This document shows, piece after piece, positions 10,836-20,352 of a stretch of 64,000 bases of DNA; position 1 is the first letter of the stretch; each line of letters opens with the position of its first letter. Below the pieces are notes generated by a model that did not search any database, was not told where the DNA came from, and worked only from the letters and a program-made list of their open reading frames with translations. The position numbers were made by a program, and so were the translations under genes. The DNA comes from Candidatus Oxydemutatoraceae bacterium. Lineage in GTDB: Bacteria; Pseudomonadota; Gammaproteobacteria; Poriferisulfidales; Oxydemutatoraceae. Location: positions 1,184,001-1,248,000 of the forward strand of contig OZ244717.1 in NCBI GenBank assembly GCA_965218975.1, read 5' to 3'.

Positions 10836-12968
10836 TTAAGCACATTTATCTTTCTCCAAAAGATCAATACATTCTTGCTCATCTATCATTTTAGAGACGT
10901 TATCTCCTTGGACGTAATCAATATCGGTATTGTTTAGAATACTAAGTTGTTCTTTGCTGTTTACACCTTTTGCAGTTACGCAAATTCCTAGATTGTGTGC
11001 TAACGCTGTAATCGCTCTAATAAATTTTCCTTGATCGTTAACGCAGTCATTTATCAGTGTTTGATCTAAGCGTAGTATATTGACCGGAGTCTTGCGTAAA
11101 ATGCTAAATGAATTTCTTCCGACTCCGAAATTATCCAATAATAGTTGTATATTTTTTTTGGCGATCGGTTTCAGCATACTTGCAACTGCACGTGGAGTGT
11201 TGTTTAAAACATTTTCGGATACGCCAACCACAAGGCTAAATGATGCAGGCTTAACGGATAATAATTGATCATGTAATCTTAAAATAGAATCTGCATCTAA
11301 CAACGTAGCGCCGGATATCTGAATGTTTAAAGTATCGTTTTCTATACCTTTTATCTCGGACCAGGTTTTAATTTGTTGGCTTGCTTGATTCAGCATCCAT
11401 TCCCATAGCGGTGTGATGAGCTGTGTATCTTCCGCATTCGGTATAAAATTTTCGGCATATAACATGCCGTGCCGAGGATGAGGCCAGCATAATCTGGCTT
11501 CGAGCCCGGTCAACTTGTTTTCTTTGAGCGAAATGATAGGCTGCCAATGCACTAACAGCTCATTACTGTCTAGCGCTCGTTCCAGGTCGGCTTCCGTTTG
11601 CGATTGTAAAGCGGCCTTCCCATGCTTTATTATGTCGGAAATTTCGTAACGGGCGCCACCCAACGCTCTGGCACGATTAACCGCGTTTTGGGCATCTGCA
11701 AGCACGTTGCTGATTTCTTTGTACTCCGCATCGCCAAAAACTATACCGATACTTGCCGTAGTAAATATTTCGTTGTCACCCACTGAAACAGGCGCTTGCA
11801 CTAGTTCTTGGATTTTATGGGTCATCGAAGTGACATTTTTGATATTGTAGCCGGATGACTCAACCAAGATACCGAGTTGGTTGTTCTGTAATTGACAGAT
11901 AGAATTTGATGGAGAAATTAGCTCATCAATTCGGTCACTAATTTCTTTTGTGACGTTATTCGCTGTCTGCAGGCCAAGATTTTTTTGTATTTCGTTATAT
12001 TGGTCAATATTGACTAATAATAACGTAAAAGCGTAATTTTCGCGTGCGATGGCCTTTTGTGTCGCATGTTGTAAGCGATCCAGAAATAAAGTTAAGTTCA
12101 ATAGATTTGAATTTTGTGGAGCTCTGATGTCATTGCGTAACACCTCTTGTTCAAATGTACTTTTTTCAAATGCCAGCATTACACCTTCAAACGCCAATAG
12201 CTCTCCTCCGGTAGTGAAGTTGCCTTTACCGCGATTTATTACCCATTGATAATCTCCGTCCGCTTTAACAATCCTATGTACAACCTCATACTTGCGTTTT
12301 TCTTGTAGCATATAGCGGACTGTCTCCCAAATATGGTTTTTATCATCCTGATGAATAAGATCGGTATAAGAGATACTGCGATTTTCCAGAAATTGTTCAG
12401 AATCGTAACCGGTTAATTCCTGACATCCCGAGCTAATAAATTCCATAGTTCTGTTTTGGTCGTTGCGGTAGCGATATAGCACTGCCGGAATACCATTTAC
12501 AAAATTACGCAAGCTTCGATACCTTGCTTCCAATTGTTCTTGCATGTGTGTTTGTTCGGTTACATCGGTTAAAGTGCCGACTATGTGTGGTGTTGAAATT
12601 CCGTTGTTGTCGAATGGCACTGCATTGGCGCGTACTACCAACCAACGAGGCTGACGATTTTTGTTAAGAAATCGAACCGCTACAGAATCTGAAGAAATAT
12701 TATTATTGCGAAACAAAGCTTGTATATACTCTTGTGTAATCGATTGATCCTTTGGGTGAATAAAATCAAGAAAGTGCTTGCCTATGGCTTCTTTTTGTGA
12801 AAAATCTGTCAGTCTTGTCCAACTCGAATTCAGGTATACCCACATACCTGAAGCGTCTAAGGAAAATACTACTTGCTGTAAAGTATTTAATAAATCTACT
12901 TTCTCAATATGAACTTTTCTTCCTATATTAGATTGTTCATGATTGAATTTGGTTTGAGGCTGTGTCAT
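10836..12968 (-). CDS. PAS-PAS-GGDEF-EAL protein with degenerate catalytic motifs
   Basis: Two PAS/PAC domains; GGDEF site reads QNNQL, EAL reads EAR, DDFG reads DNFG. Confidence 0.85.
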   Translation of the reverse strand: MTQPQTKFNHEQSNIGRKVHIEKVDLLNTLQQVVFSLDASGMWVYLNSSWTRLTDFSQKEAIGKHFLDFIHPKDQSITQEYIQALFRNNNISSDSVAVRFLNKNRQPRWLVVRANAVPFDNNGISTPHIVGTLTDVTEQTHMQEQLEARYRSLRNFVNGIPAVLYRYRNDQNRTMEFISSGCQELTGYDSEQFLENRSISYTDLIHQDDKNHIWETVRYMLQEKRKYEVVHRIVKADGDYQWVINRGKGNFTTGGELLAFEGVMLAFEKSTFEQEVLRNDIRAPQNSNLLNLTLFLDRLQHATQKAIARENYAFTLLLVNIDQYNEIQKNLGLQTANNVTKEISDRIDELISPSNSICQLQNNQLGILVESSGYNIKNVTSMTHKIQELVQAPVSVGDNEIFTTASIGIVFGDAEYKEISNVLADAQNAVNRARALGGARYEISDIIKHGKAALQSQTEADLERALDSNELLVHWQPIISLKENKLTGLEARLCWPHPRHGMLYAENFIPNAEDTQLITPLWEWMLNQASQQIKTWSEIKGIENDTLNIQISGATLLDADSILRLHDQLLSVKPASFSLVVGVSENVLNNTPRAVASMLKPIAKKNIQLLLDNFGVGRNSFSILRKTPVNILRLDQTLINDCVNDQGKFIRAITALAHNLGICVTAKGVNSKEQLSILNNTDIDYVQGDNVSKMIDEQECIDLLEKDKCA

Positions 12969-12982
12969 TAATACGTAAAATG

Positions 12983-13666
12983 TTAATCGTTTACGAGGGA
13001 TGTATCACGTTTAATATTGTGATTTAATGCCCAAATAGCTGCTTCCAAACGAGAATGCACATTTATTTTGCGCAACAAGTTTTTCATATGGACTTTAACG
13101 GTCCCATTGCTGATATCAAGCTCCCTTGCAATCAATTTATTGGACATTCCTTCTGCAAGTAACGTAAGAATCTCAAATTCTCTTTTGGTGAGAGATGAGT
13201 TTTCAATACTTGGAGCAGGAGTGATTTGGTCATGCTTTAAGGAATTTGCCAATTTGTCTGCTAGATTTTGATCTAATATAACTTGCCCGTGTATTGTGCT
13301 TTTAATTTTTGAAAGTAGCACTTCGGGTTCCATGTCTTTTAGTAAATATCCGTTTGCACCGTGGCGCAGGGCTGCAACAAGGTCTTCTTCGGCATTGGAA
13401 ACGGTTAGTACGACAATGTGAGCATCTACTTCTGCTTTTCTTAGTTCTATTAAAGTTTCTATTCCCCCCATACCTTTCATATTTAGGTCTAGTAAAACAA
13501 GATCGGGCTCACGTTCTAAACAGAGCTTGATACCTTCTGAGCCGGATTGTGCTTCGCCTGCAAGTACAAGATCTGTTCCCATTTCCTCAATGAGTTGCGC
13601 GACGCCTTTTCTGAATAAAGGGTGGTCGTCTATAATGAGTACTGAAGTTTTTCGCGTGTTAGTCAT
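12983..13666 (-). CDS. NarL/LuxR-family response regulator
   Basis: DDHPLFRKG, LLDLNM receiver domain; LTKREFEIL...GTVKVHMKNLLRK HTH. Confidence 0.9.
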   Translation of the reverse strand: MTNTRKTSVLIIDDHPLFRKGVAQLIEEMGTDLVLAGEAQSGSEGIKLCLEREPDLVLLDLNMKGMGGIETLIELRKAEVDAHIVVLTVSNAEEDLVAALRHGANGYLLKDMEPEVLLSKIKSTIHGQVILDQNLADKLANSLKHDQITPAPSIENSSLTKREFEILTLLAEGMSNKLIARELDISNGTVKVHMKNLLRKINVHSRLEAAIWALNHNIKRDTSLVND

Positions 13667-13670
13667 TTAA

Positions 13671-14849
13671 TTAGACTTTATTTTTAGTCGCAAACATCAC
13701 GCTCGTACGCATTCCGCCGAGCGGGCTTGAATGAACACGAAAACTGCCGTCAAGACTATGTGCTCGTTGTTGCATAATAATCATCCCATGATGTTTATTT
13801 CGAGCAGGTGTTTTTTTTAAACCGATACCATCATCATCAATGTTTAGAATTATTTTATCGGGCGGCAAGGAATAGAGGGTAATTTCTGCACGATTTGCAT
13901 GCGCATGTTTCACGACATTGGTTAATGCCTCACGTACAATCTGCAGTACATGGATTTCTTCATCGGTAGTTAAATCTTCAACGGATAGTCTATTATCTAA
14001 GTGAAATGCTATGCTGCTACGGTTTTTAAATTCTTCGATAGAATCTTCAAGTGCGCCGGCTAAAGAGCCATAATTTATTGTTAACCTGAATGTAGTGATT
14101 AATTCCCGAAGCTCTTTGTAAGTAAGATTAATATTATTTCGCAACTCTTCGACGATTCCATCAATTGCATGGTTGTCTATATTTTGTGTTGCGACATTTT
14201 TTTTTAGTAAGTTTTGTAAGCGTGTGGCTTGAATTTTTATGTAGGATAGCGATTGAGCTAGCGAATCATGAAGTTCTCTGGCAATCAATGCACGTTCTTC
14301 ATGCAAAGCCATTCTCTTTTTTGTATAAGCTTGTTGTGTACTATTAAAAATATTGCCTAATATTTTAGAAAAGTATTCTAATTGCTGAGATGAGAAACTA
14401 CTGACATTAAAACCTTGATTTTTAAATTTTAAGAAAAGCAGTCCTTTGTTGCCTTGTTTTTCATCTAGTAACCTGATTAATATAATTTTATATCCATCTT
14501 TGTAATTGGTTATGCGCGCGATAGTATCAATGGGAATATTGTTTAAAAAATGTGAGAATATATAGGTATCGGATTCATTCGTAGTAGCGTGTAATGAAAA
14601 ACATCCGTTTTCTCTAATTTTGTATATGGCGCTGCCGACGGCGCCACTCGCCATTTCAAATTTTTCCAACAATATTTCAAATGGTCGTGAGGAACCCGGA
14701 TTATCAATAAGTTCTTTCAAAAAATCATTGATTAGCTCGAATTGGGAAAAATAGTTAAGATGCGAAACTTTGTTGTCGGGTGCATGGTTTTTATGTGCAT
14801 CGTTAAAACGCGAATTTAACTCTGAATGTTGAAAAAAGTTTGTCGTCAT
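13671..14849 (-). CDS. NarX/NarQ-like (HisKA_3) histidine kinase, apparently cytoplasmic
   Basis: ERALIARELHDSLAQ, EALTNVVKHA, DDGIG; no hydrophobic TM segment seen. Confidence 0.85.
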   Translation of the reverse strand: MTTNFFQHSELNSRFNDAHKNHAPDNKVSHLNYFSQFELINDFLKELIDNPGSSRPFEILLEKFEMASGAVGSAIYKIRENGCFSLHATTNESDTYIFSHFLNNIPIDTIARITNYKDGYKIILIRLLDEKQGNKGLLFLKFKNQGFNVSSFSSQQLEYFSKILGNIFNSTQQAYTKKRMALHEERALIARELHDSLAQSLSYIKIQATRLQNLLKKNVATQNIDNHAIDGIVEELRNNINLTYKELRELITTFRLTINYGSLAGALEDSIEEFKNRSSIAFHLDNRLSVEDLTTDEEIHVLQIVREALTNVVKHAHANRAEITLYSLPPDKIILNIDDDGIGLKKTPARNKHHGMIIMQQRAHSLDGSFRVHSSPLGGMRTSVMFATKNKV

Positions 14850-15181
14850 TTAATAGTAAGTTATCAAAGGTGGATTGCTGTTAAATCAGTTTCATTGATC
14901 TGTACGAATTCTACCAGTTACGAGCAGTATCGTCATAAATTATTCGTTGGAAAATTCCGCGCGTATTTTTTGTCGGTAACGTCTGAAGGAAACGGGTAAA
15001 TAGGAATACTTATTTCTACTTATAACTTATTTGGTATTTCCGTTAAAGGTAGTCATGCGATAAATTGTAGGCGTACAAATGTTAAATTATTTATTTGTTT
15101 CCACTTGTTCTTTCAACGTACAAGATATTTAATTGATATTAACTTTAATGTAAATCCGATAAAGCAGGTCAGGAAGAAACT

Positions 15182-16288
15182 ATGGCAGTTGTACGACATT
15201 CGGCATTAGAATCTCGTCATCAAGCGTTGGGGTCGCCGCTTGGTGATTGGAATGGAATGGATGTTCCGTGGGAATATGATCAGGATGTGACGGTGGAGCA
15301 TCTTGCGGTTAGAAATGCCGCCGGGTTGTTTGATGTTTCCGGTCTTAAGAAAGTGCACATTGTCGGTCCGGAAGCATTAGCAGTTGCCGATTACGTATGT
15401 ACGCGAGATTTATCTTTGCTTTATCCGGGCAAATCCGTTTATGCCGTTATTTTGAATGAAGAAGGGTACATCACGGATGATTGCATTATGTTTCATATGT
15501 CACCCAATCATGTAATGATGGTGCACGGCGGAGGTACCGCCATGGAGCAATTACAAAAATCCGCCCCAGGGCGCGATGTCAATATTATTTTTGATGATGA
15601 TTTGCATGATATTTCTTTGCAAGGGCCCATTAGTGTGGATTTTTTAAATTTGCATACGTCTGTCGATTTAACCAAGCTGAAATATTTCCATCACCTTCCG
15701 GCTACTTTATTTGATCACCACTGTATGATTTCTCGCACCGGATACTCCGGGGAACGTGGTTATGAAATTTTTGCCAAAGCGAGCAATGTGGTTTCTATAT
15801 GGGATGCTATTTTAGAACATGGAAAATCAAGAGGAATTATTCCATGCTCTTTTAATTGTATAGATGCGATCCGCGTAGAAGCTGCATTGTTATTTTATCC
15901 GTACGATATGAATGAGAAAAATACGCCTTGGGAGGTTAATCTGGGATTTGCAGTGAGTAAAAATAAAAAAGCGGATTATCGAGGCAAGCATGCAGTGATG
16001 CAATCAATCGGCAAAGAAATAATCAAAACGTTTGGAGTTATCGCCGATTGTGAGTCGGCGGTTGATGCGGATGCTGAAGTATTTCATAACGGTAAAAAAG
16101 TTGGTGTTGTCACTGCGCCGGTTTTCTCACCGATAATGCATAAATCTCTTGCCATGGTACAGCTTCAGCCCGAGCTTGCAAAACAGGGTATTCATCTAGA
16201 GATCAAAGGCGGCAATACTTCCTGTTCTGCGATCACTTCTGAAATTCCTTTTTTGGATCCGAGCAAACAGAAGAGATCAGCACTCTAA
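15182..16288 (+). CDS. GcvT-family THF-binding aminomethyltransferase (DmmD-like)
   Basis: GLFDVSGLKKVH, DDDLHDISLQGP, SRTGYSGERGYE. Confidence 0.8.
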   Translation: MAVVRHSALESRHQALGSPLGDWNGMDVPWEYDQDVTVEHLAVRNAAGLFDVSGLKKVHIVGPEALAVADYVCTRDLSLLYPGKSVYAVILNEEGYITDDCIMFHMSPNHVMMVHGGGTAMEQLQKSAPGRDVNIIFDDDLHDISLQGPISVDFLNLHTSVDLTKLKYFHHLPATLFDHHCMISRTGYSGERGYEIFAKASNVVSIWDAILEHGKSRGIIPCSFNCIDAIRVEAALLFYPYDMNEKNTPWEVNLGFAVSKNKKADYRGKHAVMQSIGKEIIKTFGVIADCESAVDADAEVFHNGKKVGVVTAPVFSPIMHKSLAMVQLQPELAKQGIHLEIKGGNTSCSAITSEIPFLDPSKQKRSAL

Positions 16289-16301
16289 AGCAACTTTAGA
16301 A

Positions 16302-17015
16302 TTGAAACCGATATATATATTTAGACACAATGAATATGTAAATGCCGGTTACTTTGCAGAAAAGCTAGAACGGAAAAATTTTGCTTACAAGCTGATCGCT
16401 ATTGATCAGGGCCATACGCTGCCAAACGACGTGGATAGCGCAAGCGGTTTGGCTTTTCTCGGCGGGACAATGAGTGTCAATGATTCATTGCCTTGGGTTA
16501 ATGATGAATTAAAGCTTGTTCAAAAAGCGGCACGGGATAAATTTCCTATTTTTGGGCATTGTTTTGGCGCCCAGTTAATTAGTAAAGCTTTAGGTGGCGA
16601 CGTAATTGCTATGCCTGCGAAAGAGGTCGGTTGGCATACGATTGGCTTTATCGATAATCATATTTCTCAACGCTGGTTTTCTCAATTACCTCGCGACATG
16701 GAAGCCTTATTGTGGCATGAAGACAGCATGACGATTCCCCCGAGTGCGGTGCCGCTTTATTCGACAGCGTTCTCTATACATCAGGCTTTTACCGTTGATA
16801 ACATCATCGCCACAATTCCGCATGTGGAAGTGACGACTTCTATGTTATTACAGTGGTTAAAATTATATTCTGAAGACTTAGTTCCGGTTTCTGAAAGTGT
16901 ACAGAGCGTACAAATGATCACTCAAAACCTTCGTCAGCGCATCAGTCGTATGCGATTGCTGACTGATGCGCTTTATGACAATTGGATCAGTATGGTTATC
17001 CGTTACAATAAATAA
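16302..17015 (+). CDS. Class I glutamine amidotransferase-like protein
   Basis: GGTMSVND, GHCFGAQL nucleophile elbow, PHVE His-x-Glu. Confidence 0.85.
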   Translation: MKPIYIFRHNEYVNAGYFAEKLERKNFAYKLIAIDQGHTLPNDVDSASGLAFLGGTMSVNDSLPWVNDELKLVQKAARDKFPIFGHCFGAQLISKALGGDVIAMPAKEVGWHTIGFIDNHISQRWFSQLPRDMEALLWHEDSMTIPPSAVPLYSTAFSIHQAFTVDNIIATIPHVEVTTSMLLQWLKLYSEDLVPVSESVQSVQMITQNLRQRISRMRLLTDALYDNWISMVIRYNK

Positions 17016-17028
17016 ATATTTATTTACT

Positions 17029-18498
17029 TTACTCTACGGGCATAACCGGGTTTTGAATAGCGGGGTATCTTAGCTTTACTTCTCCGGTCAAATTCATAGC
17101 ATCCGGATTTTTCTCGCCGCGTTTTACATTATACGGATCAGAAAAAACACCATATTCCCCCGGTTCTACTTTATATACAATTTCCCGTTCACCGTACCCA
17201 ACATTGGCCAAGTACTTATGCGGATCATTCCATGATTTTCCGTCTAAGTTGGCAAAGAATTTTATGTCAATCAACACTGCATCGCACAAAGGTGTGACTT
17301 CTTCATAATTTGTAGGCCAACCGGCTGCACCTGTGGTTTTCGGATAGTTACTCCAATCTCCGCCTTTAAGCGGGCAAGCGCCGCCGCCGCCAAATGCGGC
17401 GCGGTTCGGATGGTGCACACCGTATAAAGGCAGGCCTTTTGCTATGGCCGTTCTTCCATTTTGTAAATGAAACCTCGGGTAATAAGTTACTTTTGTTTTT
17501 ACATGCTTGGCTTGGTTTCCTAAAGATTCAAAATATTCCCCATCGGGTCGTACATATTGAAAGTCTTGATTATCCGCATTATCGAATACAGCAGTGATGA
17601 ATAGATAAAGTTCATTAAAGAATGGCCGCTCAACCAAATAAAACTCGGCATTAGTTTTGTTTACATCAATCGCTTGCCAATTAACGTTTTCAGGCTCTTT
17701 ACCACCCGAATTTACCCAGGCGCTTGCATCAGGGAATAGGTCAATACGTAGCACTCTCGTATACAGCTCTTTGACATCAAGACCGGCACGTTCGCCTAAC
17801 GGGCCTACTTGATTTGCAGCAGGTTGCTTGAACGTGTAGTTTATTGCTTTTTGTGCATAAGGGTACCGATTGGCAGACATCGTGCAGTAAAAGTGCGGCA
17901 AGTCAATAGGAACGTGATTAGCATATTTTCCTTTGTACTTAGGATGATTTAAAGGCAAGTCGATAAAATTTAGTCTACCGTTTTCCGAGATGCGTTGATG
18001 AGGATGCTTATATCCGCCCCAACTTTCCTCGGGAATAAAATGGCTATATTGGTATTGATCTGCGATGGTTGCTAAATTTTTCTTAGCAAATAAGTCTACC
18101 CCGTCGGGCAAACCTTCAGCATCTTTTCTACGGTATTCACGTACGGTACCGTTATCTTGCACACGCCAAAGACCATGTTTACCTTCCCCAATCATAGTGA
18201 AGGTCTGTTCTATCACGTTTACGAACCGATAGGTGTAATTGGTATTCATATAGCCTGAATACACGGGAAGATGCGGGACTTTAGAGTGTGTAGTTTTCAC
18301 ACGCCCGGTACCGACTACCTCCTTTTGCTGATTTTCATCATCGATAATTTGGTCGCGCGTATAATAATACGGGTCCCCTCCCATCAAGTCAGTCAGTTTG
18401 CCTTCGATAGGCAGTAAATTTTGATCGTCCGCAGATATAGTAAACGTGCACAGCAGTAATGCTATGCATACTATGCATAGAAAATATAATTTTTGCAT
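17029..18498 (-). CDS. Secreted hypothetical protein (~489 aa)
   Basis: Long ORF; GGAGAG before ATG 18498; signal peptide MQKLYFLCIVCIALLLCTFTISA; no family recognised. Confidence 0.8.
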   Translation of the reverse strand: MQKLYFLCIVCIALLLCTFTISADDQNLLPIEGKLTDLMGGDPYYYTRDQIIDDENQQKEVVGTGRVKTTHSKVPHLPVYSGYMNTNYTYRFVNVIEQTFTMIGEGKHGLWRVQDNGTVREYRRKDAEGLPDGVDLFAKKNLATIADQYQYSHFIPEESWGGYKHPHQRISENGRLNFIDLPLNHPKYKGKYANHVPIDLPHFYCTMSANRYPYAQKAINYTFKQPAANQVGPLGERAGLDVKELYTRVLRIDLFPDASAWVNSGGKEPENVNWQAIDVNKTNAEFYLVERPFFNELYLFITAVFDNADNQDFQYVRPDGEYFESLGNQAKHVKTKVTYYPRFHLQNGRTAIAKGLPLYGVHHPNRAAFGGGGACPLKGGDWSNYPKTTGAAGWPTNYEEVTPLCDAVLIDIKFFANLDGKSWNDPHKYLANVGYGEREIVYKVEPGEYGVFSDPYNVKRGEKNPDAMNLTGEVKLRYPAIQNPVMPVE

Positions 18499-18819
18499 GT
18501 TGTTCTCTCCAAATATTTTATGGTTGTTATTTTTAAATTTTATCGCCATTTTATAATTTGTCCGTAATAAAAATTTAGCCCAGACGAATTGTTTGTGAAG
18601 ACACTTTTATGCCCTTAAAGCACCTAAGTGCAACATTATTACCTCTTACTTGTCTTAATAATATAATATCCATGTAACTTAAACTATAAGTAGTACATAA
18701 TGTATGCGATAATCATCAACGGGTCGCTCAATAGTGTCAATTACTCTAAATTAATACCCTATTAGTAGTAATCAGCAGTTGTTATCTTTGCGCAACGGGG
18801 TAGGTATCAGTACGGCTAT

Positions 18820-18937
18820 AAACTTTGCCGTAGCCATAGTATTCCAACGATGCCCGGTTTCGGCGGACCCGGTAAAGCCCCCGGATTCGATAGCCTATGT
18901 GTTGGATTTGCAAGGCTGCTTCTCCTGTCGGGAGGAG
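18820..18937 (-). mobile_element. Fragment of ISb left region (LQIQHIGYRIRG), truncated by ISa
   Basis: Close match to 20377-20480 in reverse orientation. Confidence 0.8.
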
Positions 18938-20347
18938 TGTACAGTGCCAGATACATGTGGGATTCACGGCACGACTCAAAAAAGTGACCGATATGCAATA
19001 TCAGCACATTGACCACCGCATCAAAGGTTTCTATAACGAGCCAAATTTGCTTCAAAAATAGAAGCTCATGAGTACAACTGCTCAACAGAAACACGATGCT
19101 CTCATTTTGGGAGGGGTGTAACTCCGAACGCATTCAAGGTCGGTCGCAGTACTTTGTACCGCTGGCGCCAGCGTTATCGCCGCACTGGCTTCAGCGCCTT
19201 ACATGATCGCGGCAAAGCGCCACGTAAGAGGCCCAGCGGATTGTCAGCAAAGTGCTTGTCGTCCATGACGAGACTTGGTTCTGTCAATGAGCGCCAGCCC
19301 CGACGTCCTTGTTGGGTCGTTCGCCGCTGAAAACCGATCGGTTTTCCGGGCGCGTCTCACCCTGCGCTAGGCTTATCCGAATCTCGGCAGCAGTAAAATC
19401 TTTGAGCTGATGAAACCGTTTTGTGTTTGTTGCCGTGTTGTCGGCAAAGTGCCTGTCGTCCATGACGAGACTTGGTTCTGTCAATAAGCGCCAGCCCCGA
19501 CGTCCTTGTCGGGTCGTTCGCCGCTGAAAACCGATCGGTTTTCAGCGGCGCGTCTCACCCTGCCCGAGTGTCCGCACGATTGTGTGCCTGATCGCGGATG
19601 CGCCGGATAAGATCTGTTATAAGATGGCGCTGTATTCCGCAGCGTCTGAATGCCAAAGGACAAACAAAACGACTGTTCAAGCGCCGTTGCAGGGCACGCA
19701 AGCCGAAACACTTCAAAGCACAGTATCCGGGGCATTGCATTGCCCTCCTGGATACGATTGTGCGTTATCAGCACGGAGTGCGCCGCTACGTCTTAACGGC
19801 CATTGATGTCTATACCCGTATGGCAACACGGGAATCACCCGTGATTGAGCAGTGGCTGACCTATCCCAAGTGTCCAAAAATGAACGCACACATCGAGCGT
19901 TTCAACCGCACTGTCCAAGAAGATTGTATCGATCATGCAGAAGACCTGCTATTCGCCGATACGGAAGCATTCAATGATTGATTATGAAACCGTTTTGTGT
20001 TTGTTGGCGGATGCTCAGCAAAGTGCCTGTCGTCCATGACGAGACTTGGTTCTGTCAATAAGCGCCAGCCCCGACATCCTTGTCGGGTCGTTCGCCGCTG
20101 AAAATCGATCGGTTTTCCGGGCGCGTCTCACCCTGCTCGTCCATGACGAGACTTGGTTCTGTCAATAAGCGCCAGCCTCGACGTCCTTGTCGGGTCGTTC
20201 GCCGCTGAAAACCGATCGGTTTTCCGGGCGCGTCTCACCCTGCGCCGCCCTCATGCCGGCAACGGACAGAAAGCACCGATCCGAATGTTACTGCCGAACG
20301 CTTCCCCCGAAGCCCTTCAAGAATCCCATTTAGGGTGGCATCGTACA
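18938..20347 (+). mobile_element. Degenerate IS481-family element ISa with both ends, interrupted by 4 R copies
   Basis: Ends TGTACAGTGCCA / TGGCATCGTACA; collinear transposase remnants MQYQHI..YPNLG..CPSVRTI..LDT..KMNAHIERFN..HRPH..SHLGWHRT. Confidence 0.85.
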
Positions 20348-20352
20348 AAATT

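Noticed and set aside
19425-19562. R as a group II intron remnant (GTGAG... start on the minus strand)
   Set aside because: No domain V/VI-like sequence or RT ORF seen; too short.
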